From Thalia democratica (Eukaryota): a stretch of 64,000 bases of DNA. Both the position numbers and the translations under genes were made by a program. Positions 11,650-25,850 of this stretch are shown here, piece by piece; the first letter of the stretch is position 1; each line of letters begins with the position of its first letter. The notes beneath the pieces are model-generated. The model was given only the letters and a program-made list of their open reading frames with translations, did not search any database and was not told the origin of the DNA. The stretch lies in contig OZ241829.1 of the NCBI GenBank assembly GCA_965202585.1, forward strand, positions 18,228,001 to 18,292,000. Direction: 5' to 3'.

Positions 11650-14540
11650 CAGGGACGTAGCTAGCTCAAAAAAGTTACGACTCTGAAAAAAAAATCAAGA
11701 ATAACGTGTGATGACGTCATAACGGGATTAGAGTTGTAATAACTAATTGTAATTATATATGAAAGTATGCAGTTTTGTTTAACGTTTAAAAATAAACTGA
11801 ATGTTGAAGTATAATGAATAACTGAATACAAGGTAATTTGTAATGTTCTTGACCCCCTATAATTCTTTATGTGTTTCAACTTTTATGAACCTATAAAACC
11901 TTTCATTTAAAATAAAAAATATTAATTAAGAATTTAATTTAGATTGTAATACTGGTAGGCCTAAAACATATAACTCTGAAAACAGTTTCCCTAATTCAGA
12001 AAACATTTGCATAAATTGTTGCTTTTATTAGATAAAAATCAAAAACTTTAGGAGTTGAACAAAAAACAAAAGAGATATAAAATAAAAAAGAACACAACAT
12101 TAGATAAAATTCAGATGTACAATTACTTTATTATGACAACAATAATTCATGAAGAAATGAAGAGTACACGTCTTTGTAAATGTTAATTCTAGCTTTGGTA
12201 GCATAAAGGTTTAAGCTGCGAAAAAGAATAAAACAGTTTCTTACTGAAAAAAAGTTGTTTAATAAAAGCTGTAAAAAAGAATCAAACTTTTTTTTACAAA
12301 AAAAAAATTTTAAATAAAACAACTTAGTTAAATAACCACAAACTTTAAATATTAAACACCAATATTTTTCAGATACAATGTAAAACATATAAATAAATTC
12401 AAACATAAAGATTTCAAAACATTAAACAAATAATTTTTTTTTGAACTTGTTATGAATTGATAATACAACTATACACTTGTAAAAATATATAGTATTAACT
12501 TATTGTTTTTAATCTTGGATTGAAAAAGTTATATAAAACTTATTTTAAAACCTTTTATAATTTATAAAACATTGGTTAAAGAATTAAACTGATGTATTTC
12601 ACAAATTGAGTTAAACTTCTCTAAAGTTTATAAATATATCTTGAAACAACAGATTTAATACATATTCTTGATAGGCTTAAAGTAAAAAATAAAATTCAAA
12701 AATCTTCATATTGTAAACAACAATGCTTGTTGAAAAATAAAATTTACAGTAATATTTAAAAACAAGTTAAAACAAACGTTATATTTTACATAGTTGTCTG
12801 AAAACATCATTCAAACAAAGAACTTTTACTTTAAGTACTTATCTGGAACTCTTCGCCACAAACTGAAGTAACGGCAAAAATGGCATGAAAATCTGTTTAG
12901 CATATTACTCTGTAAAATAAGAAGACAGCTAAAAACTGTGACAGGGCCATATTCAAAATCTTGCAAATAATGAAGAGTTTCCGTCATTTCCAGGATTGAT
13001 AGACTTTGTTAATAGCTTTGAGTGTCAATGGTACCGAGTGGGTGGTTTTACTTTCAAATGATATTTGCATAATTTTAACCTTAGAAAACTTAACTTTTAA
13101 ACTTAGTTTTAAAAAGTTTGTAAAACAACTAAATTTGTTAAAATCCACACATAGTGTACCAAGTTTACAGTAGTAATACAAAAAAAATTCAAAAACTATT
13201 TTTCAAAATGTAAAGCTTACTAGAAAAAATGAAAAAACTTTGAAAGTTAGGAATAAAACAAAAAACTCTGAAAAAGTATCATATAATAAAACAATATGCA
13301 TAGAAAACAAACTCATTGTAAACAAATTATATAATAATACAAGTGAAATAGGTATTAACAACAGCTCTACCCTATGACCAACACCAATTCCAGGATCTTT
13401 TTCTTAAATTTTTCTTAACATAAAAACTATCTTTTAGCTAAGAAGTTTAAAATAAAAAAAAATAATAAAAACAAATTACAAGACAGTATTTTTTCCTTTG
13501 TAAAAAAAAATTCATTTTCTTTTTTTTTTGCCTAATAAAATGTTCTAAAAAGTTTTCCTGAAAACTTTCCTTTCCTGCTAGAACCTTTTCATTAACAAAA
13601 GACTTTTTCGTTGTAAGTACTCCTAATACATTTAAAATGGAATTGCTCATCCTGCTTCTTAAACTGTTTTTTATCCTAAGCATTTATAAAATCTTTAAAA
13701 CAAGTTTTGATTAAAAAAAAAGTTCTAAAATCAATGAAAATTATATATAATTTGTTTATATTGTTCTTCAAAAAATGTTTAGATTATTGAATTTTTCAGT
13801 TTTTTTTCTTGTTGCAAGCTATTTGTCTTATTGTGTTATTTTTCTGATTTGAAATAATTTTAAAACTTCAGGAATTGATATTATCATCACTGTTTCAAAA
13901 GTTTTTCATTTTTGTATATTTATCAACCACAGGGATTTAATCTTAAAACATTTAACTCAGAGAGTCAAAATTGATTTAAAACAAAAATTAATTCTTCATG
14001 TTAGTTTACTTTGAGGTTTATCTACTATAAAATTCATCTTGTTATCTATCTTCTATCTGTACTTGCTCTGTTGTAACACAAAAAAATGTAAGTTTCAAAA
14101 AAATGTCTAGTTCTTTTTGACTCACCACAAACATTTAAATAGTACAAGATCCTCCCTGAAACTACTTTTGTTATTCTCTCACATCATTTTAACCAAATCT
14201 ACAGCTTCTAAATTGATTTTTAATACTATTTAATAACAAAATTCTACACCAAGCAATTTGTATACAATTTAGATGTATTCAATTTGTTCGATATTTACGA
14301 CATTAAAAGTGCTAGACAGTACAGTAAATGTAAAAATTATCTCTCAGGAGTGCAAAAATAAGTATAAACTGAAAGCCAACGAAACAAGGTCTTAAAAGCT
14401 GAATAACCGAAACAAAAGCGAGTTTTTTCGCACAAATGTTTACGTTTCTGTAGATTTGCAGAAACGTACAAAGTAACGTGTTTGTGTGAGTGTGAGAGCC
14501 CACAGAAGAAGTGAAAAATTTTGGCTTTTTTAATTCCAAA
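11650..14540 (-). mobile_element. Degenerate hAT transposase remnant; boundaries approximate
   Basis: LRIKNSLRSRMSNSILNVLGVL (about 13600-13690) matches the hAT C-terminal dimerisation motif KNxLRSxMxxxRLxxL; hAT-like end CAGGGACGTAGCTAG at 11650. Confidence 0.45.
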
Positions 14541-15556
14541 CAGCATATATCAAAAAATACATTTAATTTTCTACTATTTGTATTTTAGATAATCTTCAGT
14601 GATTATATTTTAACTGTCAGTAAATTTGTTTTTGTATAAACCAAATATTATTAAAACTTAGGCCACTTTTTAAATTTAAGGTATTTTTGCAAAGTCAAAA
14701 CAAACTTTTTAAGATAATCTAAAATCATTAATTGATAAAGCGACTTTTGTTAAACATTTTTAAGTTAAAAAAGCATTTTTTTATATGTTGCAAGAACTAA
14801 GAAACATTATTAAACTTTTTTGTAGTTTCATAGTTCTAGAACCATATTAATTAAAAATTGAGATAAGCATTATTTTAAACTTTAAAATATTTTACAAAAA
14901 TATCTAAATTAGTCAGTAAACTTAAATAAAGTTATCTTTTTTACCAAGCAAGAAGATCCTAACTAAAGACCGAATTTGAAAAAAAAAGCATATATCTCAA
15001 AAGTTATTAAGTTTAGATATGAGAAAAATTTACTGACTACTATAGTCAAATCACTAAAGAACAGTTTTTTAAATTAATAAAAATACACATGTACTTTTTG
15101 AGATATGCTGAGTCTAAAATAATCCAAAGTTTCCCACTTTTTTATTCGTCCATTTTTAAATTAAAGGTGTTTAACCTAATATTTGCTGAGCCATCAATTT
15201 TTTTAATCTTTTTTATTTTGTTTTTTTATTTATACCCTTAACCCTAACTCACCTTACCCAAAAATATCAAAAACTATTTAAAAAGGAAAATTTTAAAATT
15301 TTTTTATGCAGACTCAGCAAACATTGGGGAAACACCAGAATTTTAACAAGACTCCTTTTTTATGGGCCCTAGCACCGAGCCAATATACCGGAGTTCTAGA
15401 AAAAAAAGAAATCTTGTAATAGCTGTATCATTTAGCTATTAAATTCTGTAAAAAAAATTATTAAGAACAAAAACAATGAAATTTTTGTATATTGAAATTT
15501 TTTAAGTCAAAAGTATGAGACAAATTACTTTTTATTTTTATATGATCGTCGGGAAG

Positions 15557-15809
15557 CCGATCATTTCTAACCCGCTATCATTTCTAACCTGTTCACTTCT
15601 AACCCGACCATTTCTAACCCGATCATTTCTAACCCGATCATTTCTAACCCGATCACTTTTAACCCAATCACTTTTAACCCGATCCTTCTAACCCGATCAT
15701 TTTTAGCCATATTTAACCCAATCGTTTCTAACCCAATCATATCTAACCCGAGCACTAATAACCCGTTTACTTCTAACCCAATCACTTCTACCCGATCATT
15801 TATAACCCA
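15557..15809 (+). repeat. 15-bp minisatellite (AACCCGATCATTTCT)n, about 17 units
   Basis: Directly visible; related arrays at 18169-18295 (-) and 11006-11062 (+). Confidence 0.95.
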
Positions 15810-17559
15810 TTCTCTTGTTTATTGAATTTTTAATTTTTAATCTGCATTTCATGCAAAAACAAACTAGTCTTTATAAAGTTATTAAATATTTTTTTTTAGT
15901 TTTTTTAAATCATTCTGATTTTAATGTATTACGTAAAAAACATTGTTAGTATAAATTTTACTTTTAGAATTAACTTAACACAAATTAATTAGTTTTTATT
16001 ACCTCTTTATTTGATATCTCATCCTAGTCATAATTTCAAATTTGTTTGTTCTTTCAATCTACTTAAACAGACGTTTTTCGTTAATCATATACAATTAACT
16101 AAATCGTTTACTTTACAATATTTTGAACTATTATTTGTAGTTTAAAGTAAGCAGTTATAACTATAATTAAGTTGGATCTTACAATAATCTACGTGACTAT
16201 AATGATTTTAACATAAGCAATTTTTAAAAAGTAAACCTTTAAACTGTAACATTCAGATACAAAAACCTTTATATTACGGTCTAATAACTACATTGTAAAT
16301 CTGTTATAAATGTTGTATTATTGCTGACTAATGTATTATCGTTTAATAGTAGGTTAGTTTTAAGTTTCATTTTAAAAACTTTTACAAGTTGTTATACAAC
16401 TTGCATAGGCCTAACAAGATAATGGAATTCAATCAAACACTATGAGAAATTGAATACTTTTGTTATATTAAGTGAAAAAGCATGATTTTTAGGTTTAACA
16501 GTTATATTAGATGTTAGAACAGTTATACCATATAACAAACCGCAAAAGTATAATACGTCGATTGACCGTCTTAATTTCACATCATTGATAAATTCCTACC
16601 CACTCCTAGAGCAAAAAAAGTCACTAGTAATTAAACAGACATGTTTATTTGTATAACAAGTCCGAGGTTAATCAAATCTCGCTCAGGTAATATTCTTTAA
16701 AATCTTCACTTATATCTATATAATATACAAAATGTTTCAATTACGACTTAAATTAGCCTTTTATTTGACCAGAATTTCTTAAAAAATTACTTTATTATGA
16801 ACAGTTGAAATAACGGAAGAAAAACGAAATAAGTACGGAAAAAACTTTTTGAAATAGAGTAAAAAATTAATTATAGTTAAATTAAGTATAACTAAGAGCA
16901 GAAGTATATTCCATCAAGTTCTTTCTTTCCTTTAATCAACTATTTTTTCAGACGATTATTACACGCAACATATTTACTTTTTATTCATTACAGTAAAACC
17001 AGCTTGAAGTCTATTGACTTTATTCTCGGTTTTTTTTGCACCTCTAAATTTTTATAAATGTCATGAGTTTTTTCTTCATTAGAAATTTAAACCTATATTA
17101 GAGTTTAACAATACAAACAAATTTTATTATTTTATTACAAGTTTTTAAGCTATATATACTAATCAAATAACTTTTATTTCTTATTTAATTATCGCTAAAT
17201 AATCTTAAATTTTTGTGTTTTTGGAAACCTGTGAAGCAATAACTTTTAAAAGATATCAAGAAATTTTTTAAAGAAGTTTCTACTATTACTTGTGAGAAAC
17301 TGTTTTTGGAATTTTAAATTTTGAAAACTTTTAAATTTTTATGATAAATGTAAATTTATTTTGCTCTATATGCATTATACTTTAAAAAACAAAAAAAAAA
17401 AGCAATAAGTTTTCGACACTTAACTTTTATAGTTAAGTTTATTATATAATATGTCTTATTTAGTCTTTATATATAATTTACCATTGGCTAAAAAAAAGTA
17501 AATTAAATTTAAGTTCTAGTAAATGACAGGTTCTATATATTAAAAAAACATCTACCTCT

Positions 17560-18000
17560 ACTTTTGAATTATTAAACAGTATACACTTTCGTTCTAGGAA
17601 CTTAGAAGTTAATAATGATAATTTCAAACGAAACTACCATACTAATTACGATTACTAAATTTTATTAACTGTATTATTCCAGTTTCATATATACTGATAT
17701 TAATATTCTTAAAAAGTTGTATTTCATACAAATTTGCCCTAAATTTGAATGCAACTTGCAAATCTGGTCTCCATACTTGAAAAACATATATTAACCATAT
17801 AGAATCTCTTCAAAGAAAAAGTACGTTGTAGTCTTTAACGGCTGCAATACTCATTAAATTTTTTACATTGACGACAATCAAAACATAATATTTAATCTTT
17901 AGAATTCAAAAGACTTATACTATTCCTAATGCTTTTAAAAACTAGTTAACTAAAATTAATTTATAATTTATTTTTGAACCTTATTAAAATAACTAATTAC
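17560..18000 (+). mobile_element. Short CR1/L2-like LINE fragment inside the Foldback-like element
   Basis: ICPKFECNLQIWSPYLK..IESLQRK resembles the CR1 ORF2 C-terminal motif RPxLEYxxxxWSP..IExVQR. Confidence 0.55.
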
Positions 18001-19039
18001 CACGAAAATAAATCGAAAAGTTCATGCAGGCATAATTATCTTTCAGTTTAAATGTGAAATTAGCTTTCAAACAAAACTAATTTCTACAAAAAAAATTGAA
18101 CAAATTTGATTTAAGTTTACTTGATTAAGATAAGATACTTTATATTAAAACAGATTAGGTTAATAATTGTCGGGTTATATCGGGTTAGAAATGATCGGAT
18201 TAGAAGTGGTCGGGTTATAAAAGATCGGTTTAGAAGTTATCGAGTTAGAAGTGATCGGGTTCGAAGTGATAGCGAGTTAGAAATGATAGTAAACCTGATT
18301 GTCGTGTTACTAAGTAGGACAACAAATTTACAGTTTTTCATCTAGAACTGAAACAAAATTAATATTATTACAATAAAGTTATACTACTGACAAAACAAAC
18401 CATCTCTCCCAGTAAACATTACTGAACAAACAATTTTAAACTTAAGTAAAACTTAATAATTTTATTAAACATTTAAGTATTTAAAAGAGCTTTGCTCTAC
18501 CACATTGAAAGTTTTCAAGACTAATTTTCCCATCAATAAACTTTAAAACAATTTTAATTTATAAGACCCTTTTCTTTTGTGTTTTATTTTTTTTATGGTT
18601 TTGCAATGTATTTTTAACTTTTAACAAACTTCATGATTTTAATTAAGCGTACAAAATAATAAAAATTGATAAACAATTGAAAGAGATATAGACCAGAAAC
18701 AGTTAATAAAAAACAAATAAAGTTGTTAATTCTACTAATCAATATAAAATATCAAAAAATTTTTATAAATCAATTTATTTTATCTTTGTTTTCTGTTTTA
18801 TTTTCGTGATATGAGTTATTCCTGTTCAGGAAACATGTAACAAACAATTGTAAATGTTCTGCTTTAAAGTATATTGTTTGTATTATAACCTTTTGAAAGG
18901 ACGTAATGTAAATTCAATTACTAATTGCTATTAATATTGAGTTTTTTTTATGAAATTTTTGCTAATACATAACATATTTACTTTTTATTACAATTAACGG
19001 TATTCCTAAATACATTTTTTTAAATGTATTTAAACAAGA

Positions 19040-20700
19040 TTAAAATCGTCAAAGTTTTAAACAACCTAAACAAAAATGCACTTAACTGAAAAGTATTTTT
19101 TATAAATTTTAAAGACATTAACACTTCGACTAAGCATCTTGAAGATAAAATCATCAGAACGCCTGAAAAAACTCCACCTTATTTTATTAAGCATGCTATT
19201 CCATCATTAGTTTTTCCTTTATTTTTAATTTTTAATTGCTCCCTAGCATTATCAGAAACACCTAAAAAATGGTAACATCCTATGTAATTCCAGTATACAA
19301 AAAAGGTATCAAACACGACCCATAAAATTATAGGCCAATATCCTTAACCAGTACGTTTTCCCGGTTTTTTGAATACATTATTTCTCAAAAAATATTTAAT
19401 CACCTCTTTGACTTTAATCTATTAACACCAAAACAACTTGTCTTTGTTCCCCACCGATCATCAGGAATTCAACTATTGACATATTCGTATACTTGGTTAA
19501 CAACTTACTTGAACAATGAATCAGTCACAGTGGTCTATACTGACATCAAAAAAACTTTTGACTCTGTGTCACACATTAGATTATTAAAGATTATTACTCA
19601 ATATAATTTTGATGATAACTTAGTGAATTGGTTAAACGATTTTTTAAATAGTAGGACACAAAGTGTACTTATTAACAACACATTATCAGATCCTTTAAAA
19701 ACTCAAAGTAGAGTACCACAAGGTGGAGTCATTGGTCCTCATCTTTTTTTAATTTACATCAACGATATTCCTTTAAATACTCACATTCAAAGCAAAATAA
19801 GTCTATTTGCAGATCAAAAGTATTTAGCAAGTCAGAAACTACTTTACAATTAACATTAGATAATATTCACGAATGGCTGAAAACAAACTTGATTTAAATC
19901 CAAAAAAATATCAAGTTCTAACCGTCAATAAAAATAAACCCTTCCCTATTAACGTTTTAATTAATAAAACTAAAATACCAGCAGTAAAATTTTTTAAAGA
20001 CTTAGGAATATATATGTATCTGAAAATCTAAAATGGAGCCAACATGTAAATTATTTATATAGAATTGCTCAAAATTCATCTTATCAAATATTTTAAGTTT
20101 TAAGACTAGTTCTGCAAGTATTCTTACTAAATTATTCAAAATCTACGTTCGCTCTAAACTCAAATGCAATAACCCAATATGGTCCGCCTATTAAAAAAAA
20201 AGTCATTATTAGGATTGAGTCAGTGCAAAGAAGTTTTACCCGTTTTGTTTGTAGTAGATGCACTATTTCAAATACTTCATACAAAGATAAATTAGTAAAG
20301 CTCAGATTGGAGTCTCTAGAGTATAGATGGTGGCAGTTTGATTTGATAACACTTTTTAAAGTTGTTAATGGTAAACATAAAGAGTTTTTCAATCAGTTTT
20401 TTGTTTTTTTCTCAGACCAGTTATAATTTGAGAGGAAATGATAAAAAATAAAATGTAATTATAATTTTAATAACAGTCAGTTGCAAAATTCTTTTTTCTG
20501 CAGAAAAATAAATATGTGGAATAAGTTACCGCAGGATATGGTTTCGTGTGGGAGAGTGGAACATTTTCGATTCAAACTAAAAAAACTAGATTTAAATAAT
20601 ATAAACACAAGTAAAATACAGTGATTATCGATTAAAAAATCATTATAATGATGGTTTGAAGTAACTTTTATTTACTTATTTTAAAGTATTAATATCATTA
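19040..20700 (+). mobile_element. Decayed CR1/L2-like LINE ORF2 (right-arm copy); boundaries approximate
   Basis: PVYKKG..NYRPISLTS, YTDIKKTFDSVSH, VPQGGVIGPHLFLIYINDI..LFAD, IESVQRSFTR, LESLEYRW..DLITLFK; frameshifts present. Confidence 0.9.
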
Positions 20701-20955
20701 AGAATATTTTTTCTTCCCTACGCCTTCCCCCTACAGATTATAAGTTGTTATAAATAATTTTTAACTTTGTAATCTTTTATAGTCAATGCATAAATTTTTA
20801 TATGAGATTTTATTTCGTTTCGTTTTTTGTGCATATTAAGTTATAATTGATTATATAGGGCTATTTGTTTGTAATTTTTTACTATGTTATGTTAAGTTTT
20901 TATTCATTCAATGTAATTTGTTTGTTTTTTTTTCGTGTGTATTGTTTAAGCAGCT

Positions 20956-21251
20956 CAGGTTTTAATACCCGATTCTATCTTTGCACAATAAACTCCACTA
21001 GTAATAACAATAATTGAGTCGGCCTAAATTGGCTCACAAATTTACAACTAGGTTCTTAATTCAGTAACAACTCGTTACTTGTTGTTTATTGTTGCTTATT
21101 TTGTCATATTGTGGTATAGAAAAATATGTTTTGTTGATTACTACAAACTTTTGAAGTAACTGCTGCCGGCGAAGGATTTTCTTATACAGTGCGGCCCGCG
21201 AGCAACTTATTCTAGAAAAGCCCGCGACTTACAAAAGGTAGCCGACCCCTG
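20956..21251. mobile_element. hAT-type MITE (mirror of 8133-8429)
   Basis: Reverse complement of 8133-8429. Confidence 0.6.
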
Positions 21252-23895
21252 AGCTTGTTTTAGGCTTTCAAATGATAAACCATTTTAAACTATTCTCTTT
21301 AGTTTTAGACTTATAATAATTGTTTTTCTTAACAAACTCTTTTAAACTGTTTAGCTGAAGTTTTAAAACTTGTTTAACGGTTATTAAATGTTAACAAGGG
21401 ACTTAAAATGAATTTAACCAATTTAAATCGTTTTACGATAAAACTAAGAGAGTCATATTAAAATTGTACAGTAATTTATATTGTGGATTGTCAGTATCAA
21501 TTTGTGATTTTCGATTTTTTAAACTAGTAATGAGATTTTGGGATTTTCACTTAAATATGTAAATTAAATTAAAGTTATCTTAAATACTAATTTTTGGTTA
21601 AATCTTGTCTATTTTTACTGGTAATTATATTTTATTTTGGTAGTCAATATTCTTATCAAGCACTATAGTTACTAAAGGTTTTATAAAAACCTCTTGATTT
21701 AGAAACATTTTGTTTGTATAAATACTGCATAGTATGTTACAGAAAACACTTACAAACTGAGTAGTGTTCGAAAAACATTTTAAGAAAATTGCTTATTTAA
21801 TTTTTATAAAAAAACAGTGCAGTGATTTTTCACTTACCCGAACTTCTTATTATACGGACAGTTTAAGTCAAGAAGAAAGCATAAAAAAATTCAGTATTAA
21901 ACACAAACATTTTTGTGAGATATAAGTATTTAAGCTTTCATGCTGTAAGAAAATTTTAAGTAATTTCAAAAATTCTGCATTTTAGTTCATCATTTTTACG
22001 TAGTAATATTACTAAAGCTTCTATTTAAACTTTGTTAAAAATTATTTTAGTTATTGAAAACTTTTGTATGTAAAGTAAGTCAGTTTTAAAAAAAATCACA
22101 TTAAATTATTAAAAATATGACTCAAAGTTTGTTATTTAAACTTTTGAAGTGTTTTTGATAATTAAATTTTAAGCTTTTTCAGAAAGAAATTGTAAAATAT
22201 TTCTTTCATGTTTTATCAATTTGATTCAAAATATATTATAAAAGTTGTTAATTCAAACTTTTTTTTTGTTTTTACTTATAAGTAATATAAGTTTGAAAAA
22301 CTCAACATACAAGGTTGTAGAAACGGACAAGATATCAAAAAATAGACAAAACGAGTTGCTTAAAATTTGAAAATAAACTAGAGTTTTGTAAAACGGTAAA
22401 AAACAATGTGTCAGAGTGTTTTATTATCGAGCAGTTTAGCATAGATAGCTCAGTTGACTTTGTACGACATTTTGAAAAGTTAAGAAAAGTGTAAAGCAGA
22501 AAAAAATGACTTGAGTTTTTATTATTTATTATGCATTGCAAAATATACAGCAGTTATATTATTTTAATTAAAAAAAAATGTTGTACTTATCCGCAAAAAT
22601 TGTTATTCGGACATGTCTACAGAAAAATCTTGCTAAACATGGCCGGATAAGTGAATATGCACTGTACCAGTTTGTGCCTCTAATTGGAGATCTGTTTAGT
22701 TACAACCTGCCATAATTCCCACCCAATAAATTTCGAGAACCGCTTACAGATCAAAGATAACACTGATAGTCAAACGTACAAACAAAGTAAAATAAAATTA
22801 TTTAAATAATTTGAGAGTGAATTGTGCGGGTAGGAATTGTTCGCAATTGAGAATCGTGAGTATACCCTTTAGTTGTGAAGTGAACATTGTAAGGTATGCT
22901 TGAGTTGATTTAAATTTTTTTTACTAGATTTTTTTTTTTTGATGGTAGCGAGTTAAAATAATTTTTTTATTATAGGAACTAGCATTTTGTTTTTGAATAA
23001 AGGTCTAAAATCTTATAAACAATCTTAAATTGCTTCATTTGGAGAACATTTTGTTTATTAAAAAGTATGTAATGAACATGGAAATAATTTCACAGGTTTC
23101 ATGACAATTTAAACTCTGACAGCTCAAATTCCGACAATTCAAGTTTTTAAAAATTATTTATAAGACTATATCTCAATATGTGAAATAAATTTAAAATCAC
23201 ATATGTAGACCTTATAATATCTACAATCCACTTTTTCTTTTCGCAAAATCTTAAATATTTTTAAAGATATTTCTAAATTACTAAAATTAACGATGTTTTT
23301 TACTTTATTTAAGCCACATCTCAAAAAATGTTTAGCGTTTTTCAAAAAGAAAAAATGGCTTGTAGATATTAATAGGACCCACATACTTATTTTATATATT
23401 TGACCAATATACTTCACTTTATAAGCTGTGGCCCTTTCAATTTTTTTTAAGAATTTTAATTTTTTGAATTTGAATTGTTCGAATTTGAATAGTCGTGCAC
23501 CCAAAATCACATTATTTATCGCTACCACAAGGTTTCCCTGTTATCATAAGTTTATTGAACAAATACAAAAAAACGAAAATTCTCAAAAAATAATCCAAGG
23601 ACCTGGGAGCGCGAAAAAACCTCTTGGTCACAGAGTTTTACACCTTTGAAATATATTAATACGCAACTAACTGTTAAATTAACTATTTATCTAAATTTTT
23701 TACCAAAGTTTTCATGTTAAACTATACTTTAATAAAATTATCTGCTAATTTAAATAAATATGAAAGAAACAACACAAATTAATATTCTAAGCACTCATTT
23801 ACAAGGTAAAAAGTTAAACAGATTTTTCTTAATAACTATAGAGTTCAGAACAAATAAATAGGACACAGTAATCTATCCAAAAACAGGAGATTGAT

Positions 23896-24114
23896 AATTA
23901 ATAATTTATTATTTTTGAGAATAAACTCAGTTTCACCGCAGAGCGGATTTTTAAATTGTAAATAAATTTTTATGTATAAAAACTTAACTCAAACCAATTT
24001 TTAATTATTTGACATTTTTAACATTATTATTTTACTACAGATTTACAATTTGAAAATGCGTTCTGCGGTGAAACTGAGTAATTGTTTATTCTCAAAAATA
24101 ATAAATTATTAATT
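23896..24114. mobile_element. Hairpin MITE-like insertion present only in the right arm
   Basis: Inverted repeats 23896-23942 / 24062-24114; absent at the mirrored left-arm position (about 5555-5570). Confidence 0.65.
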
Positions 24115-25526
24115 TTGTTAATAACACGAGGTTATATTTTTATAATTTTTCTATGCTACTGGTTATCTAAACTTCAAAACAAGATGATGAAAAAAAAAAT
24201 TAAAAGTAAAAGTCTACTAGTTTACATGATAGCGTCCTTTACTACATTTTTTTTTTTTGCACGATAAGCTCAAACGTACCCAATCTTCTTTTTAATTCAG
24301 TATAGAATAGTGTTCAGCAATTCTTTAATCTTTAGACAGTCTGCTCTGTATGTAGTACTTAGTAGTTGTAGTTATTTGTAGTTCACAATGTTATTAAGTT
24401 GTATTTACAATACAATAGTAAGCATTTTTTAACATTTAAGAAATTAACTAACCTAACAAAGCAAACAAGCAATCTCTTCGGAGTATTTCGGATATATTGT
24501 AATATTAAGTTCTTTTAAAAGTGTTTTGAAATCATAGTCCTCATGAATTTTTTATTAACCTCTAATTATGAGTTTAGGAAAATGTTTTAATCTAATATAG
24601 CTACTTTACATTTATATTAAGTTCGATATATCAATAAACTAACTTAAAAGTTGTATTTGGTGTTATAATAATAAATACATTTTGTACATAAAATAAAATA
24701 AGAAGAGTAAGTAAATCTAAAATCGAATTTTTTAACTAAAACCTGATCATAAATAAAACGTAAGTTTGATTGGCATGTGTGTTAGTTATAATTTTTCAAA
24801 CTGCTCAAGTAGAACTAATTAGTTTGTATTTTAATTACCAGCATTATTTAACTACAACAGTTTAGCTCAAATTTATAAAGAAAAAAAAAACATTCAAAAA
24901 CTAGTATTATCCAGACTTTTTTAAGAGAATCTGAATTAAGAGTTTAATAAAAAAATCTAAAGTTTGGATTTCAAAATATCTATAGATTTTTTTTAAACGC
25001 CTATGTTTATCTTTTACGGATTTTAAGTTTTGTTGACTATTACTGACTTGCATGCTCAAATTGTGATAATAAAACCATAGAGTTAACTATTTATATGTTT
25101 TTTTTTTCGTAACTCAATAAAAAGTTGTTTTCTCAGCATGATTTATAAAAATTAGACTGTTTAAATCGTTTACGCTTGATGCACAATTATATGTTTTTCT
25201 ATTTTACTTAACCTAACGGACTGTAAGATTTTTATAGTTTTTTTTTGAGACAAAACGCTGTAGATATAAACTATTAAAAGTATTTAATAAGTTTTTTTGA
25301 TTCCTGACTTAGTTAAAAAATATTCGGATTGCAAGTTAAGTGTGATATGAAAAGTATTGTACCAATACATGTAAGGAGACAAAATATCAATATTTTACTC
25401 AACAGATTATCAAAATAATGTTTAACTTTAGGTTTTTTATTGATCGAAGGTTAATATTTAAATCTAAAAAAAGTGTTTAAATAAATAAATGAAAGATTTC
25501 TATATGTAAAATCTAACTGTTTAAAC

Positions 25527-25850
25527 CAGGGGTCGGGAAACTTTGACCTTTAAAAACTGCAGTCAACGATGTACTTTTGCTGCTCAGAGCATACTGTTTT
25601 AAAAAACAGTAATAAGATAACTCATTGTAGTAAAAGCTTTCTATTATACTCTTAATTTTATAATTATTAATTACTAGTGCTTTACTGTAGTTTTTATCAC
25701 TTTTTTGCTATAAAACAGTTTTTTTATGTTGGTCAGTACACTTTTTTTAATATCTGCAGCCCGCTATAAACTTTTTTTATACAGTGCGGTCGGCGAACAA
25801 CTTTTTCAAGGAAAATTGGCACGCGACTTAAAAAAGGTTGTCAATCCCTG
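25527..25850. mobile_element. hAT-type MITE (right-arm copy)
   Basis: CAGGGGTCGG...CAATCCCTG; perfect 8-bp TSD GTTTAAAC. Confidence 0.85.

Larger units (their letters stand above)
15552..18295. mobile_element. Foldback/Mutator-like non-autonomous element with inverted 15-bp tandem arrays
   Basis: GG..CC termini; 9-bp flanks tgatcgtcg (15543-15551) and tgattgtcg (18296-18304); AACCCGATCATTTCT arrays in opposite orientation at the two ends. Confidence 0.7.

Noticed and set aside
15567-15785. ORF MIGLEVNGL.. with 5-aa repeats (also 18121-18345 and 10981-11172)
   Set aside because: Translation of the 15-bp minisatellite; no coding signal.
15557-15809. Possible CRISPR or telomere-like array
   Set aside because: Head-to-tail 15-mers without spacers, eukaryotic context, and explained as transposon subterminal repeats.
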